A stretch of 55,731 bases of DNA from Thiotrichaceae bacterium. GTDB lineage: Bacteria > Pseudomonadota > Gammaproteobacteria > Thiotrichales > Thiotrichaceae. Of this stretch, positions 30,905 through 41,050 are shown in pieces; positions within the stretch are counted from its first letter, which is position 1, and every line of letters begins with the position of its first letter. The stretch lies in the NCBI GenBank assembly GCA_026988295.1, contig JALSLM010000101.1, positions 1-55,731 of the forward strand, given 5' to 3'. The translations under genes were made by a program, and so were the position numbers. The notes beneath the pieces were generated by a model. It was not told the DNA's origin, ran no database searches, and saw only the letters and a program-made list of their open reading frames with translations.

Positions 30905-31399
30905 TTAGCGCAATCGTTCTAGCGTTACAAAGGAATAAGCATAGGGATTTTTATCATCAACACTATGATTACTCTTTTGGATTTGCTTCCAGTTATAGAG
31001 AGTATAGTCTGGAAAAAAGGTATCACCTATAAACTTTGCGTCTATCAGCGTCAGATAAAGTCGATCTATATCTTCAATAAATTTATTATAAAGATAAGCA
31101 CCACCAATGATAAATACTTCATCCGTATTTTCGGGCAGAGCTTCTATCAAAGCCTCTTCAAGAGAAGAAACTACAATACAACCATCTATCAATAAATTTT
31201 CATTACGACTAAGAACTATATTCAGCCGACCTGGAAGTGGTTGACCTATAGAGTCATAAGTCTTCCTACCCATTATTATTGGACTACCCATTGTGGTTTT
31301 TTTAAAAAACTGTAAATCAGCAGGGAGATGCCAAGGCATTTTATTATTATTGCCAATCACTCGGTTTTTACCCAAGGCTGCAATCATAGAAAGCCTCAT
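30905..31399 (-). CDS. folA: Dihydrofolate reductase
   Basis: MPWHLPADL, MGRKT, LPGR, IIGGA and GDTFFP. Confidence 0.97.
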   Translation of the reverse strand: MRLSMIAALGKNRVIGNNNKMPWHLPADLQFFKKTTMGSPIIMGRKTYDSIGQPLPGRLNIVLSRNENLLIDGCIVVSSLEEALIEALPENTDEVFIIGGAYLYNKFIEDIDRLYLTLIDAKFIGDTFFPDYTLYNWKQIQKSNHSVDDKNPYAYSFVTLERLR

Positions 31400-31400
31400 A

Positions 31401-31814
31401 CTACTTTACCACTTTGAGTGATGGACGCTTCTTACTAGGCTTTTTCTTTGATGAAATATCTGGCACTGACTCAAGCGTAGGACTATCTGGAGGAACATCA
31501 TCTTCAGGTTCAAAAGATAAGCCTTCATTATTTTCACTGGCATATAATGCCATCACTGCACCTATTGGTGAGAATATAGTAAAAGGTTTACCTCCAAAGC
31601 GAGCACTAAAACTAATCCCATCAGTATCAATCAACAGACCTTGAGCAGCAGTAGGACTTATATTCAAAACAATCTTACCATTTTCTACATAATGCTGAGG
31701 CACTGATACCTTAGGATTATCAGCAAAAATAACCACATGAGGTGTTCCACCATTATCAACAATCCACTCATAAATAGCGCGGAGCAGGTAGGATTTATTA
31801 GATGAAAACTGCAT
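31401..31814 (-). CDS. sspB: ClpXP adaptor SspB
   Basis: YLLRAIYEWIVDN, FSARFGG and C-terminal RPSLKVVK. Confidence 0.96.
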   Translation of the reverse strand: MQFSSNKSYLLRAIYEWIVDNGGTPHVVIFADNPKVSVPQHYVENGKIVLNISPTAAQGLLIDTDGISFSARFGGKPFTIFSPIGAVMALYASENNEGLSFEPEDDVPPDSPTLESVPDISSKKKPSKKRPSLKVVK

Positions 31815-31835
31815 TTTTTAAATAATCCCGATAAT

Positions 31836-32468
31836 CTAAGGTCTAATTGATAGTTCTGCTTGTGTCAAAGATACCTGAAACAATTCACGTGAAAAAACAC
31901 GATCCATATAGTCATGAATTGGCTTAGCTTCTCCATCACTCGGTAAATCTATACCATATTTAGGTAAACGCCATAATATAGGAGCAATCGTACAGTCTAT
32001 TAAAGAGAAATCATTACTTAAAAAGTAGGGCTTTATTGCAAAAACTTCAGCTGCAGCTAACACACTTTCCCGTAAAATTGTGCGTGCTGTATCCATACGT
32101 TCTTGCTCACCACTTTCAAGGTCACTCACCAATGACAACCAATCTTTCTTTATTCGAAATAAGGTCAAACGTGTATGCGCACGAGAAACCGGATCAACAG
32201 GCATCAATGGTGGATGTGGAAAACGCTCATCAAGATATTCCATAATAACATGTGAATCATAAAGAACCAAATCTCTATCTACCAAGGTAGGAGCGGTATT
32301 ATAGGGATTAAGATCAGCTAAATCTTCTGGCTTATTATTGGGGTCCATCTCAAGAATATCAGCCTGAATATCTTTTTCAGCCAATACAATACGAACACTG
32401 TGACAAAGTGGACAATCTGGCAGGGTGAACAAAGTCATAACTGAACGGCGATTTGCAACTGAAGTCAT
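31836..32468 (-). CDS. sspA: Stringent starvation protein A
   Basis: ANRRSVMTLF, PTLVDRDLVLY and YLDERFPHPPLMPV. Confidence 0.97.
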   Translation of the reverse strand: MTSVANRRSVMTLFTLPDCPLCHSVRIVLAEKDIQADILEMDPNNKPEDLADLNPYNTAPTLVDRDLVLYDSHVIMEYLDERFPHPPLMPVDPVSRAHTRLTLFRIKKDWLSLVSDLESGEQERMDTARTILRESVLAAAEVFAIKPYFLSNDFSLIDCTIAPILWRLPKYGIDLPSDGEAKPIHDYMDRVFSRELFQVSLTQAELSIRP

Positions 32469-32522
32469 TAATTACTCCTAACAAAATGCTTTGCTACATA
32501 CAAAGCATAAAAAAACTAAACG

Positions 32523-32550
32523 AAAAAAGGCTGCCTATAAAAGGCAGCCC
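32523..32550 (-). terminator. Intrinsic terminator after petC
   Basis: Minus strand gggctgcct-tttat-aggcagcc-tttttt. Confidence 0.8.
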
Positions 32551-32575
32551 CATATTCTATACTAAACTATACAAC

Positions 32576-33373
32576 TTAATGTATGTCTTTCCAGTATTCT
32601 TTCTCAAGAAGCAAGGAAACACCAAAGAAAAGTATTAAGAATAATATAACAAAAATACCAATGGTATAACGGGATAATTGTGCTGGCTCACTAACATAAG
32701 ATAAAAAGTTAGTTATATCACGAACAACTTTATCATATTCTGCAGCTGAAAGCTTACCAGGCTTAACCATTGTTAACTTAGGCGCACCATGATGTTCCCC
32801 CTCTGCCGCATGTTCAAGTTTTTGCCAACCTTGAAGATTTCCTAATACATGAGGCATACCCACATCTTTAAAGACCGTATTATTCACTCCCATTGGGCGC
32901 GAAGGATCAAGATAAAAACCTTTAAGATAAGAATAGATCCAATCAGACCCACGAGAACGCCCTGTTAAAGAAAGATCGGGAACGCTTGTACCGAAGGCTT
33001 CTGCCGCCGCTTTTGGTGAATAGGCATTCTTCATTAACTCACCAATCTTTGTTTGCTTACCATACTCATCATAAGTAAAGATCACGTCCTCTTTAAGCAG
33101 AGTAGCTACATCATCTTCACTAAAGCCATTATCAGCATTTAAGCCAATATCTTCAGCCATACGATTATAACGACTGAATTTAAGTGAGTGGCAACCCATA
33201 CAGTAGTTTACAAAGTATTTTGCACCACGTTGCAAACTAGCAGTATCATGGAGATCGATGTTAGCTGCTTGTACTGGAACACTATGCCCAGCACCACCAA
33301 CACTACCTAGAATACCCAGAACCATCGCTGGAACCAATAAAACAAATATCCATTTACGAATACTATTACTCAT
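32576..33373 (-). CDS. petC: Cytochrome c1
   Basis: CMGCH heme motif; PDLS, MPHVL; C-terminal TM and EYWKDIH. Confidence 0.96.
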   Translation of the reverse strand: MSNSIRKWIFVLLVPAMVLGILGSVGGAGHSVPVQAANIDLHDTASLQRGAKYFVNYCMGCHSLKFSRYNRMAEDIGLNADNGFSEDDVATLLKEDVIFTYDEYGKQTKIGELMKNAYSPKAAAEAFGTSVPDLSLTGRSRGSDWIYSYLKGFYLDPSRPMGVNNTVFKDVGMPHVLGNLQGWQKLEHAAEGEHHGAPKLTMVKPGKLSAAEYDKVVRDITNFLSYVSEPAQLSRYTIGIFVILFLILFFGVSLLLEKEYWKDIH

Positions 33374-34788
33374 GATGTAACCCTCTCTGGAACTGGTTTC
33401 TCAGCATTACAAGGACGCATTAAGAACGGTAGCAACAAAGTCAAAGATAAATAACCAATAGGCCATACCCACTGCCACATTATTTGCTTAGCAGCTACTG
33501 CATCGTCGGGATTATAACGAACATAATCTACAAATAAAACAGCACCAGCCAAAACAGCAAACCATATTATATAACGACCTGGCTTAGCCGCATTGCTATG
33601 AGCAAAAAGAACGGCAAAAAACAGGAAGTAAATTTCTGTCATCCGCACACCCATTTCTTTATATTCAGGTGTTACTGGTTTTACACCTAGATAACCCAGA
33701 ATAATAAATACTGCACCAAAGATAGCTAAGTTCATCATATGTGCCGTATTACGGTAACGCCAAGACTTAATAGGGTTACGATCAATCCAAGGCAACAAAA
33801 ACAACATCACAATCGCACCAAACATTGCCAACGTACCCGCAAAAGGTGAAAGTGTTACAGCACGAAGAACCGTATAAAATGGCGTAAAATACCAAACTGG
33901 AGCAATATGTACAGGCGTCTTCAGAGGATTAGCAGGTTCAAAGTTAGCATGTTCTAAAAAGTAACCACCCACTTCTGGCATAAAAAAGATAATTGCAAAA
34001 AACACCATTAAAAAGACTGCAATAGCAGGAATATCATGAACAGTGTAATAAGGATGAAAAGGAACACCATCAAGAGGAATACCTTTATCATCAGTCAGCT
34101 TTTTGATCTCAACACCATCAGGATTATTAGAACCAACTGCATGAAGAGCTACGATATGAACAAATACTAGCGCCACAAGAATCAGTGGAACTGCAGCAAC
34201 ATGAAAGGCAAATAAACGATTTAAAGTTGGGTCAGATATTACGAAATCACCACGAATCCAGAGCGACAAAGCATCACCAACAACAGGAACCGTATTAAAT
34301 AAGTTAATAATTACTTGAGCACCCCAGAATGACATCTGCCCCCAAGGTAACAAATAACCCATAAAGGCTTCTGCCATTAATGCTAGATAAAGTGCCATAC
34401 CTATCAGCCATACCAGCTCACGCTTGCCCTTATATGAACCGTACATCAAACCACGGAACATGTGAAAATAAACCACTATAAAAAAGGCTGAAGCACCTGT
34501 CGAGTGCATATAGCGAATAAACCAACCACCTGGTACATCACGCATGATGTATTCAACCGAGGCAAAAGCCATTTGAGCATCTGGCTTATAGTGCATAGTA
34601 AGGAAAATACCTGAAACAATCTGGATAACTAAAACCAGCATTGCTAAAACACCAAAATAATACCAAGCATTAAAGTTTTTAGGAGCATAGTACTTAGACA
34701 TATGCGCTTCCCAAGTTTCAACAATCGGAAAACGCTCGTCAACCCAGCCTAACAGCCCCGTTGCTTCTGTTGTTCTAATTCCAGCCAT
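33370..34788 (-). CDS. petB: Cytochrome b
   Basis: RYMHSTGAS, WGQMSFWGA and PVWY. Confidence 0.98.
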   Translation of the reverse strand: MAGIRTTEATGLLGWVDERFPIVETWEAHMSKYYAPKNFNAWYYFGVLAMLVLVIQIVSGIFLTMHYKPDAQMAFASVEYIMRDVPGGWFIRYMHSTGASAFFIVVYFHMFRGLMYGSYKGKRELVWLIGMALYLALMAEAFMGYLLPWGQMSFWGAQVIINLFNTVPVVGDALSLWIRGDFVISDPTLNRLFAFHVAAVPLILVALVFVHIVALHAVGSNNPDGVEIKKLTDDKGIPLDGVPFHPYYTVHDIPAIAVFLMVFFAIIFFMPEVGGYFLEHANFEPANPLKTPVHIAPVWYFTPFYTVLRAVTLSPFAGTLAMFGAIVMLFLLPWIDRNPIKSWRYRNTAHMMNLAIFGAVFIILGYLGVKPVTPEYKEMGVRMTEIYFLFFAVLFAHSNAAKPGRYIIWFAVLAGAVLFVDYVRYNPDDAVAAKQIMWQWVWPIGYLSLTLLLPFLMRPCNAEKPVPERVTS

Positions 34789-35393
34789 TATGCAGCACCT
34801 CCATCTTCACCAATTCGCAATACATCATCAGTCTTGTAGAAATGAGGCGGAACAACCAAATTGGTTGGAGCAGGCACGTTTTTGAATACACGACCTGCTA
34901 AGTCAAAGCGCGAACCATGACAAGGGCAATAGAAACCACCTTTCCAATCAGCACCCAAATCAGCAGGAGCTACCTCAGGACGATAAGTTGGAGAGCAACC
35001 CAAATGAGTACAAATACCGATCAAAACTAGCATTTCAGGCTTACGTGAACGTGTCTTGTTTTTGGTATATTCTGGTTGTTGAGTATCAACAGTAGACTCA
35101 GGATCAACCAGCAATGTATCGTTGCTCGGCAAGTCTTTTAACATCTGGTCTGTTCTCTTAACCAACCAAATCGGCTTACCTCGCCAAATGACACGAACCA
35201 ACTGACCCGGCTCTATCTTACTGATATTAACTTCAATTGGTGCACCAGCCGCTTTGGCTCGTGCACTCGGCATCCATGAGATAAGAAGCGGTGTAGCGAA
35301 TGCTGCCGTACCAGCAGCCCCCACAACAGACGTAGCAGCAATTAACATGCGCCTACGCTTCACATCTACAGTATTTGAATCAGAATCTGACAT
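34788..35393 (-). CDS. petA: Rieske iron-sulfur subunit of the bc1 complex
   Basis: Tat RR signal; CTHLGC and CPCHGS. Confidence 0.98.
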   Translation of the reverse strand: MSDSDSNTVDVKRRRMLIAATSVVGAAGTAAFATPLLISWMPSARAKAAGAPIEVNISKIEPGQLVRVIWRGKPIWLVKRTDQMLKDLPSNDTLLVDPESTVDTQQPEYTKNKTRSRKPEMLVLIGICTHLGCSPTYRPEVAPADLGADWKGGFYCPCHGSRFDLAGRVFKNVPAPTNLVVPPHFYKTDDVLRIGEDGGAA

Positions 35394-35565
35394 GATTCTT
35401 GTTCTCCACGTGAAAATTTAAAACCCTTGGTATTAATAACTTGTGAAACAAACATCAATACCGCCTAGAAAATCCGCTGTATCCTCGCTCAACTAATTTA
35501 AAAGATCAAGTCAAAAGAAAAAAAACAGCCTTTTAATTGACCTATTACAGCAGTTTTCAAAATAT

Positions 35566-35597
35566 AAAAAAATACCCACTCTTAGGTGGGTATTTTT
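35566..35597. terminator. Intrinsic terminator (probably for adk)
   Basis: aaaaatacccac-tcttag-gtgggtattttt. Confidence 0.75.
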
Positions 35598-35652
35598 AGA
35601 GGTAAACATTTAGTACTCCATCAATATTGGTTTGATAGATTAAGTAACTTAA

Positions 35653-35764
35653 GGAACCTCTGAACAAGTCCAATTATTTTTAGCTTGCCAAATCTGTCGA
35701 TCTTCATGAAAAATAGCGACATATTTTTCTGCGCTAAATTCTAATCAACTTAATCAGGTTTTCC
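35653..35764 (+). mobile_element. MITE family C, internally deleted (112 bp)
   Basis: TTAA/TTAA flanks; matches 17832-17987 but lacks the hairpin tip. Confidence 0.8.
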
Positions 35765-35789
35765 TTAACCCAACTAACTATCGTGCTTT

Positions 35790-35820
35790 GTCGGATTACG
35801 CTATCGCTAATCCGACCTAC
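35790..35820 (-). repeat. GTAG-type REP
   Basis: Reverse complement GTAGGTCGGATTAGCGATAGCGTAATCCGAC. Confidence 0.85.
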
Positions 35821-35974
35821 AAATCTCAGATTTAACCCACTACCAGCCAAGTAATCTCTCTCAAGCTTGGAAATGATTAAGGCTCTACAGCTCTCTGCGA
35901 ACCCTCTGTTACTCTCTGCATTGCAAAAAAGATAAAAAAACAGGGGGGGATGGGTATCTACAATTTTATCCTAG

Positions 35975-36133
35975 GAGGCTGTCTGAGAACTAGGATTGAA
36001 ACAAAAATGCCAGAAATATTATAAGGTGAGCTTATCAAAAGAGGCAAATAATTGCTCTATTTAACGAATCTGATAAGCTCAGATTATGATATTTGTGGGA
36101 TTTGCAGTCAATTCTTAGTTCTCGGACAGCCTC
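35975..36133 (+). mobile_element. MITE family B, internal type ii (159 bp)
   Basis: CTAG-GAGGCTGTCTGAGAAC...GTTCTCGGACAGCCTC-CTAG. Confidence 0.9.
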
Positions 36134-36138
36134 CTAGG

Positions 36139-36786
36139 TTATTTAGCTAGTTTTTCTTTAACAGCTTCAACAACAGTATCACTTGATGTTGCAACAACTT
36201 CAAATATCTGCCCTTTTTTCTTATAATAATCAGCAAGTGGTGCTGTCATTTCATCATAAGTATCAAGACGCTTGCTAATCGCTTCAACTGTCTCATCTGC
36301 ACGTTGGATAGTTTTGCTACCACACTTATCACAAATCCCTTCTACCTTTGAAGGCATACTTTTAACATTATAAATAGCTTGGCATTTTGTATTCTCACAA
36401 GTACGACGTGTAGTTAAACGATCGTAAATAACATCACGAGGCACATCAAGGCTTACCACAAAATCAAGCTCTACACCAATTTTTTCTAGCAAAACGTCAA
36501 GTGCTTCAGCTTGAGGAATAATACGCGGAAAGCCATCTAGTAAGAAACCATTCTTACAATCATCTTCCAACAAACGCTCACCCATGATATTCATGATTAA
36601 CGCGTCAGGAACAAGATCACCTGCATCCATAAAACTTTTTGCTTCTTTACCTAAGTCAGTACCCGCATTTACAGCACCGCGTAAAATGTCACCTGTTGAT
36701 ATTTGCACAGAACCATCAATCTTAGTTAATAGTTTTGCAACAGTGCCTTTACCTGCGCCAGGAGCACCTAATAGAATTAATTTCAT
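36139..36786 (-). CDS. adk: Adenylate kinase with four-cysteine LID
   Basis: GAPGAGKGT, STGDILR and GFLLDGFPR; start moved to ATG at 36786. Confidence 0.97.
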   Translation of the reverse strand: MKLILLGAPGAGKGTVAKLLTKIDGSVQISTGDILRGAVNAGTDLGKEAKSFMDAGDLVPDALIMNIMGERLLEDDCKNGFLLDGFPRIIPQAEALDVLLEKIGVELDFVVSLDVPRDVIYDRLTTRRTCENTKCQAIYNVKSMPSKVEGICDKCGSKTIQRADETVEAISKRLDTYDEMTAPLADYYKKKGQIFEVVATSSDTVVEAVKEKLAK

Positions 36787-36788
36787 AA

Positions 36789-38285
<1,497 letters not shown>

Positions 38286-38304
38286 AAACAAACATTTTAC
38301 TATA

Positions 38305-38371
38305 GAAAACCCTGATCAAGCCCAATTATTTTTAGCTTCGCTAGACTCTAATCGACTTAATCAGGTTTTCC
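38305..38371 (+). mobile_element. MITE family C, collapsed (67 bp)
   Basis: gaaaaccctgatcaag...gacttaatcaggttttcc; TATA/TATA flanks. Confidence 0.75.
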
Positions 38372-38413
38372 TATACTGACTCAAGCAAATACAAGTTTAA
38401 ACAACCCACCGCC

Positions 38414-38887
38414 ATGAAAATCTATCTACTTGCCATTGGAACCAAGATGCCTGACTGGGTAAATAAAGCTTATCAGGAATATAGTCACCGTATGCCAGCC
38501 AAATGCTCGTTGCATCTGCTTGAGATTCCAGCTGAAAAACGCGGTAAGAATAGCAATGTACAATCAATTAAACTAAAAGAAGCAAACAAGTTAAAGTCTG
38601 CTATTCCATCAAATTGTCGCGTAGTAGCACTGGATGTAAAAGGTCAATCATGGAGCACTGAAAAACTCGCAATCCGTTTGCAAGATTGGATGATGAGTGG
38701 ACAAGATATTGCTTTATTAGTTGGTGGACCAGATGGTCTAAGCTCAGATTTATTGCAACTTGCACAAGAAAAATGGTCTCTATCCAGTCTCACTTTTCCA
38801 CATCCCTTGGTTCGAGTTATCTTAGCTGAACAGCTTTACCGTGCTTACACCATTACTGAAAACCACCCCTATCATAGAGCTGGATAA
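38414..38887 (+). CDS. rlmH: 23S rRNA pseudouridine-1915 methyltransferase
   Basis: GGPDGL, SLSSLTFPH and EQLYRA..HPYHR. Confidence 0.97.
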   Translation: MKIYLLAIGTKMPDWVNKAYQEYSHRMPAKCSLHLLEIPAEKRGKNSNVQSIKLKEANKLKSAIPSNCRVVALDVKGQSWSTEKLAIRLQDWMMSGQDIALLVGGPDGLSSDLLQLAQEKWSLSSLTFPHPLVRVILAEQLYRAYTITENHPYHRAG

Positions 38888-38895
38888 TTCGGCTT

Positions 38896-39465
38896 ATGAA
38901 TGACATTATCCTCGCTTCTGCATCACCCCGTCGTGCTGAATTATTATCTCAAATTGGTATCAGCTACCAAGTGCAAGCTGTAAATATTGATGAGAGCAGA
39001 CTCCCCCATGAAACACCAGAAACACTAGTCAAAAGACTTGCAAAAGAAAAATCTTGCGCAGTAAAAAATGCACAGATTCCCGTATTAGGCTCTGATACTC
39101 TAGGAGTGCTTGACGGGGAGCTTTTGTTAAAACCCAGAAACTACCAACATGCTTTATCAATGCTCTCAAAAATGTCTGGACAATGGCATGAGATATTGAC
39201 AGCTGTTGCCATCACCCATGCAGGCAAAACAAAATTAGTACTAAACCGTAATTATGTATTATTTTATCAAATAACTACTGAAGAAATACTTGCATACTGG
39301 AAAACTGGTGAACCACAAGATAAAGCTGGTGCTTATGCCATACAAGGCTTGGGAGCAAGTTTTATTAAACGCATTGAAGGCTCTTATTCTGGCATAATGG
39401 GTTTACCTCTATTTGAAACTAGCCAATTATTAGCAAAGTTTGGTATTTCTGTTATTAAGAGATGA
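38896..39465 (+). CDS. maf: Maf-family nucleoside triphosphate pyrophosphatase (YhdE type)
   Basis: ILASASPRR, GSDT, KP, DKAGAYAIQG and GLP. Confidence 0.95.
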   Translation: MNDIILASASPRRAELLSQIGISYQVQAVNIDESRLPHETPETLVKRLAKEKSCAVKNAQIPVLGSDTLGVLDGELLLKPRNYQHALSMLSKMSGQWHEILTAVAITHAGKTKLVLNRNYVLFYQITTEEILAYWKTGEPQDKAGAYAIQGLGASFIKRIEGSYSGIMGLPLFETSQLLAKFGISVIKR

Positions 39466-39490
39466 CATCTAAGCAATGAGTAAAAAGTAA

Positions 39491-41050
39491 ATGAGTGCAG
39501 AAATACTAATAAACATAACCCCACAAGAATCACGCGTCGCCTTTCTTGAAAATGGCATTCTTCAAGAAATTATGATTGAACGTAATTCCAATCAAGGTAT
39601 TGTTGGCAACATCTACAAAGGCACAGTTAGTCGAGTTCTACCAGGCATGGAAGCTGCCTTTATCGACATAGGACAGGAAAGAGCCGCTTTTTTACACGCC
39701 TCTGACTTACGCTTTCCAAAAGCGGTTATTCCTAATGATGACATACCCAGAGAAGAGATTGAAGTTCCACCAATTACCAAACTATTACATGCGGGTAAAC
39801 AAGTTTTAGTACAGGTTATAAAAGACCCTTTAGGAACAAAAGGTGCGCGCCTAACCATGCACGTGACAATACCTTCGCGCTATATTGTACTAATGCCGGA
39901 TACAGGTACAATTGGTATTTCTAGTAAAATTGAAGATGAAGTTGAACGCCTCCGTCTAAAAGAAATTATAGCTAAAGCACGTCAAGTACATTTGAATGGC
40001 TCAATAACGGACTCTGAAAAAGACTCTAAAGATAACCCTAAAGGAAACTCTGACAAGAGCAGCAATTCTTTACCCCAAAAAAAACATGGTTACATCGTTA
40101 GAACTGCCGCAGAATGTATCGACGAAGAGGCATTAACGGCGGATATGGCATTTTTAAACAAGCTATGGGACAAAGTATCAAGCGATCATTCTGACACACA
40201 ATTGATTTATTCTGACCTACCACTTGTGCAACGCGCTTTAAGAGATCTAATAGCAGAAAATGTTCAGAGTATTAAAGTTGATTCACGAGAAACCTACATT
40301 AGCTTGCGTAATTTCGCGATGACTTTTATCCCCGAATTAGTTGAAAAAATTGAACACTATACAGGCAATAGACCTGTATTTGATTTGTATTATGTTGAGG
40401 ATGAAATCCAAAAATCCTTAAAGCGAAAAGTACAATTAAAATCAGGTGGTTACTTAATTATTGATCAAACAGAAGCCATGACTACCATAGATGTCAATAC
40501 AGGTGGTTTTGTTGGGCATAGAAACCTTGAAGAAACTATTTTTAAAACCAACCTTGAAGCAGCTCAAACCATTGCACGTCAACTTCGCTTGCGCAATCTA
40601 GGCGGAATCATCATTCTCGACTTTATCGATATGCAGGAAAAAAGTCATAAAGAACAAGTACTAAAGGCATTAGAAAAAGCACTAGAACCTGATTCAGCCA
40701 AAACTTCTGTAACTCAACTATCCAGCTTAGGCTTGGTTGAAATGACTCGTAAACGCACACGAGAATCACTCGAACATGTGCTCTGTGAATCCTGCCCCAC
40801 TTGCGAAGGTCGTGGTTATATAAAAACAGCAACAACTGTTTGCTATGAAATATTTCGTGAGATTTTACGAGAATCTCGTCAATTTGATGCCCACGAATTA
40901 TTAGTATTAGCCTCTCTCAACGTTACTGACCTCCTATTAGATGAAGAATCAGATAGTTTGGCAGAATTACAGGAATTCATTGGTGTCCCCATCCGCTTTC
41001 AGGCAGAGAATCTTTATACTCAAGAACAATTTGATGTTGTTTTACTATAA
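39491..41050 (+). CDS. rng: Ribonuclease G
   Basis: GNIYKG..RVLPGMEAAF, DVNTG and RLRNLGGIIILDFIDM; follows maf. Confidence 0.97.
   Translation: MSAEILINITPQESRVAFLENGILQEIMIERNSNQGIVGNIYKGTVSRVLPGMEAAFIDIGQERAAFLHASDLRFPKAVIPNDDIPREEIEVPPITKLLHAGKQVLVQVIKDPLGTKGARLTMHVTIPSRYIVLMPDTGTIGISSKIEDEVERLRLKEIIAKARQVHLNGSITDSEKDSKDNPKGNSDKSSNSLPQKKHGYIVRTAAECIDEEALTADMAFLNKLWDKVSSDHSDTQLIYSDLPLVQRALRDLIAENVQSIKVDSRETYISLRNFAMTFIPELVEKIEHYTGNRPVFDLYYVEDEIQKSLKRKVQLKSGGYLIIDQTEAMTTIDVNTGGFVGHRNLEETIFKTNLEAAQTIARQLRLRNLGGIIILDFIDMQEKSHKEQVLKALEKALEPDSAKTSVTQLSSLGLVEMTRKRTRESLEHVLCESCPTCEGRGYIKTATTVCYEIFREILRESRQFDAHELLVLASLNVTDLLLDEESDSLAELQEFIGVPIRFQAENLYTQEQFDVVLL

Larger units (their letters stand above)
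35611..35956 (+). repeat. Composite repeat: TAGTACTCCATCAA module, GTAG REP, CAGATTTAACCCACTACC module, family D end
   Basis: Same module order as 44685-44958; interrupted by a family C element. Confidence 0.7.
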
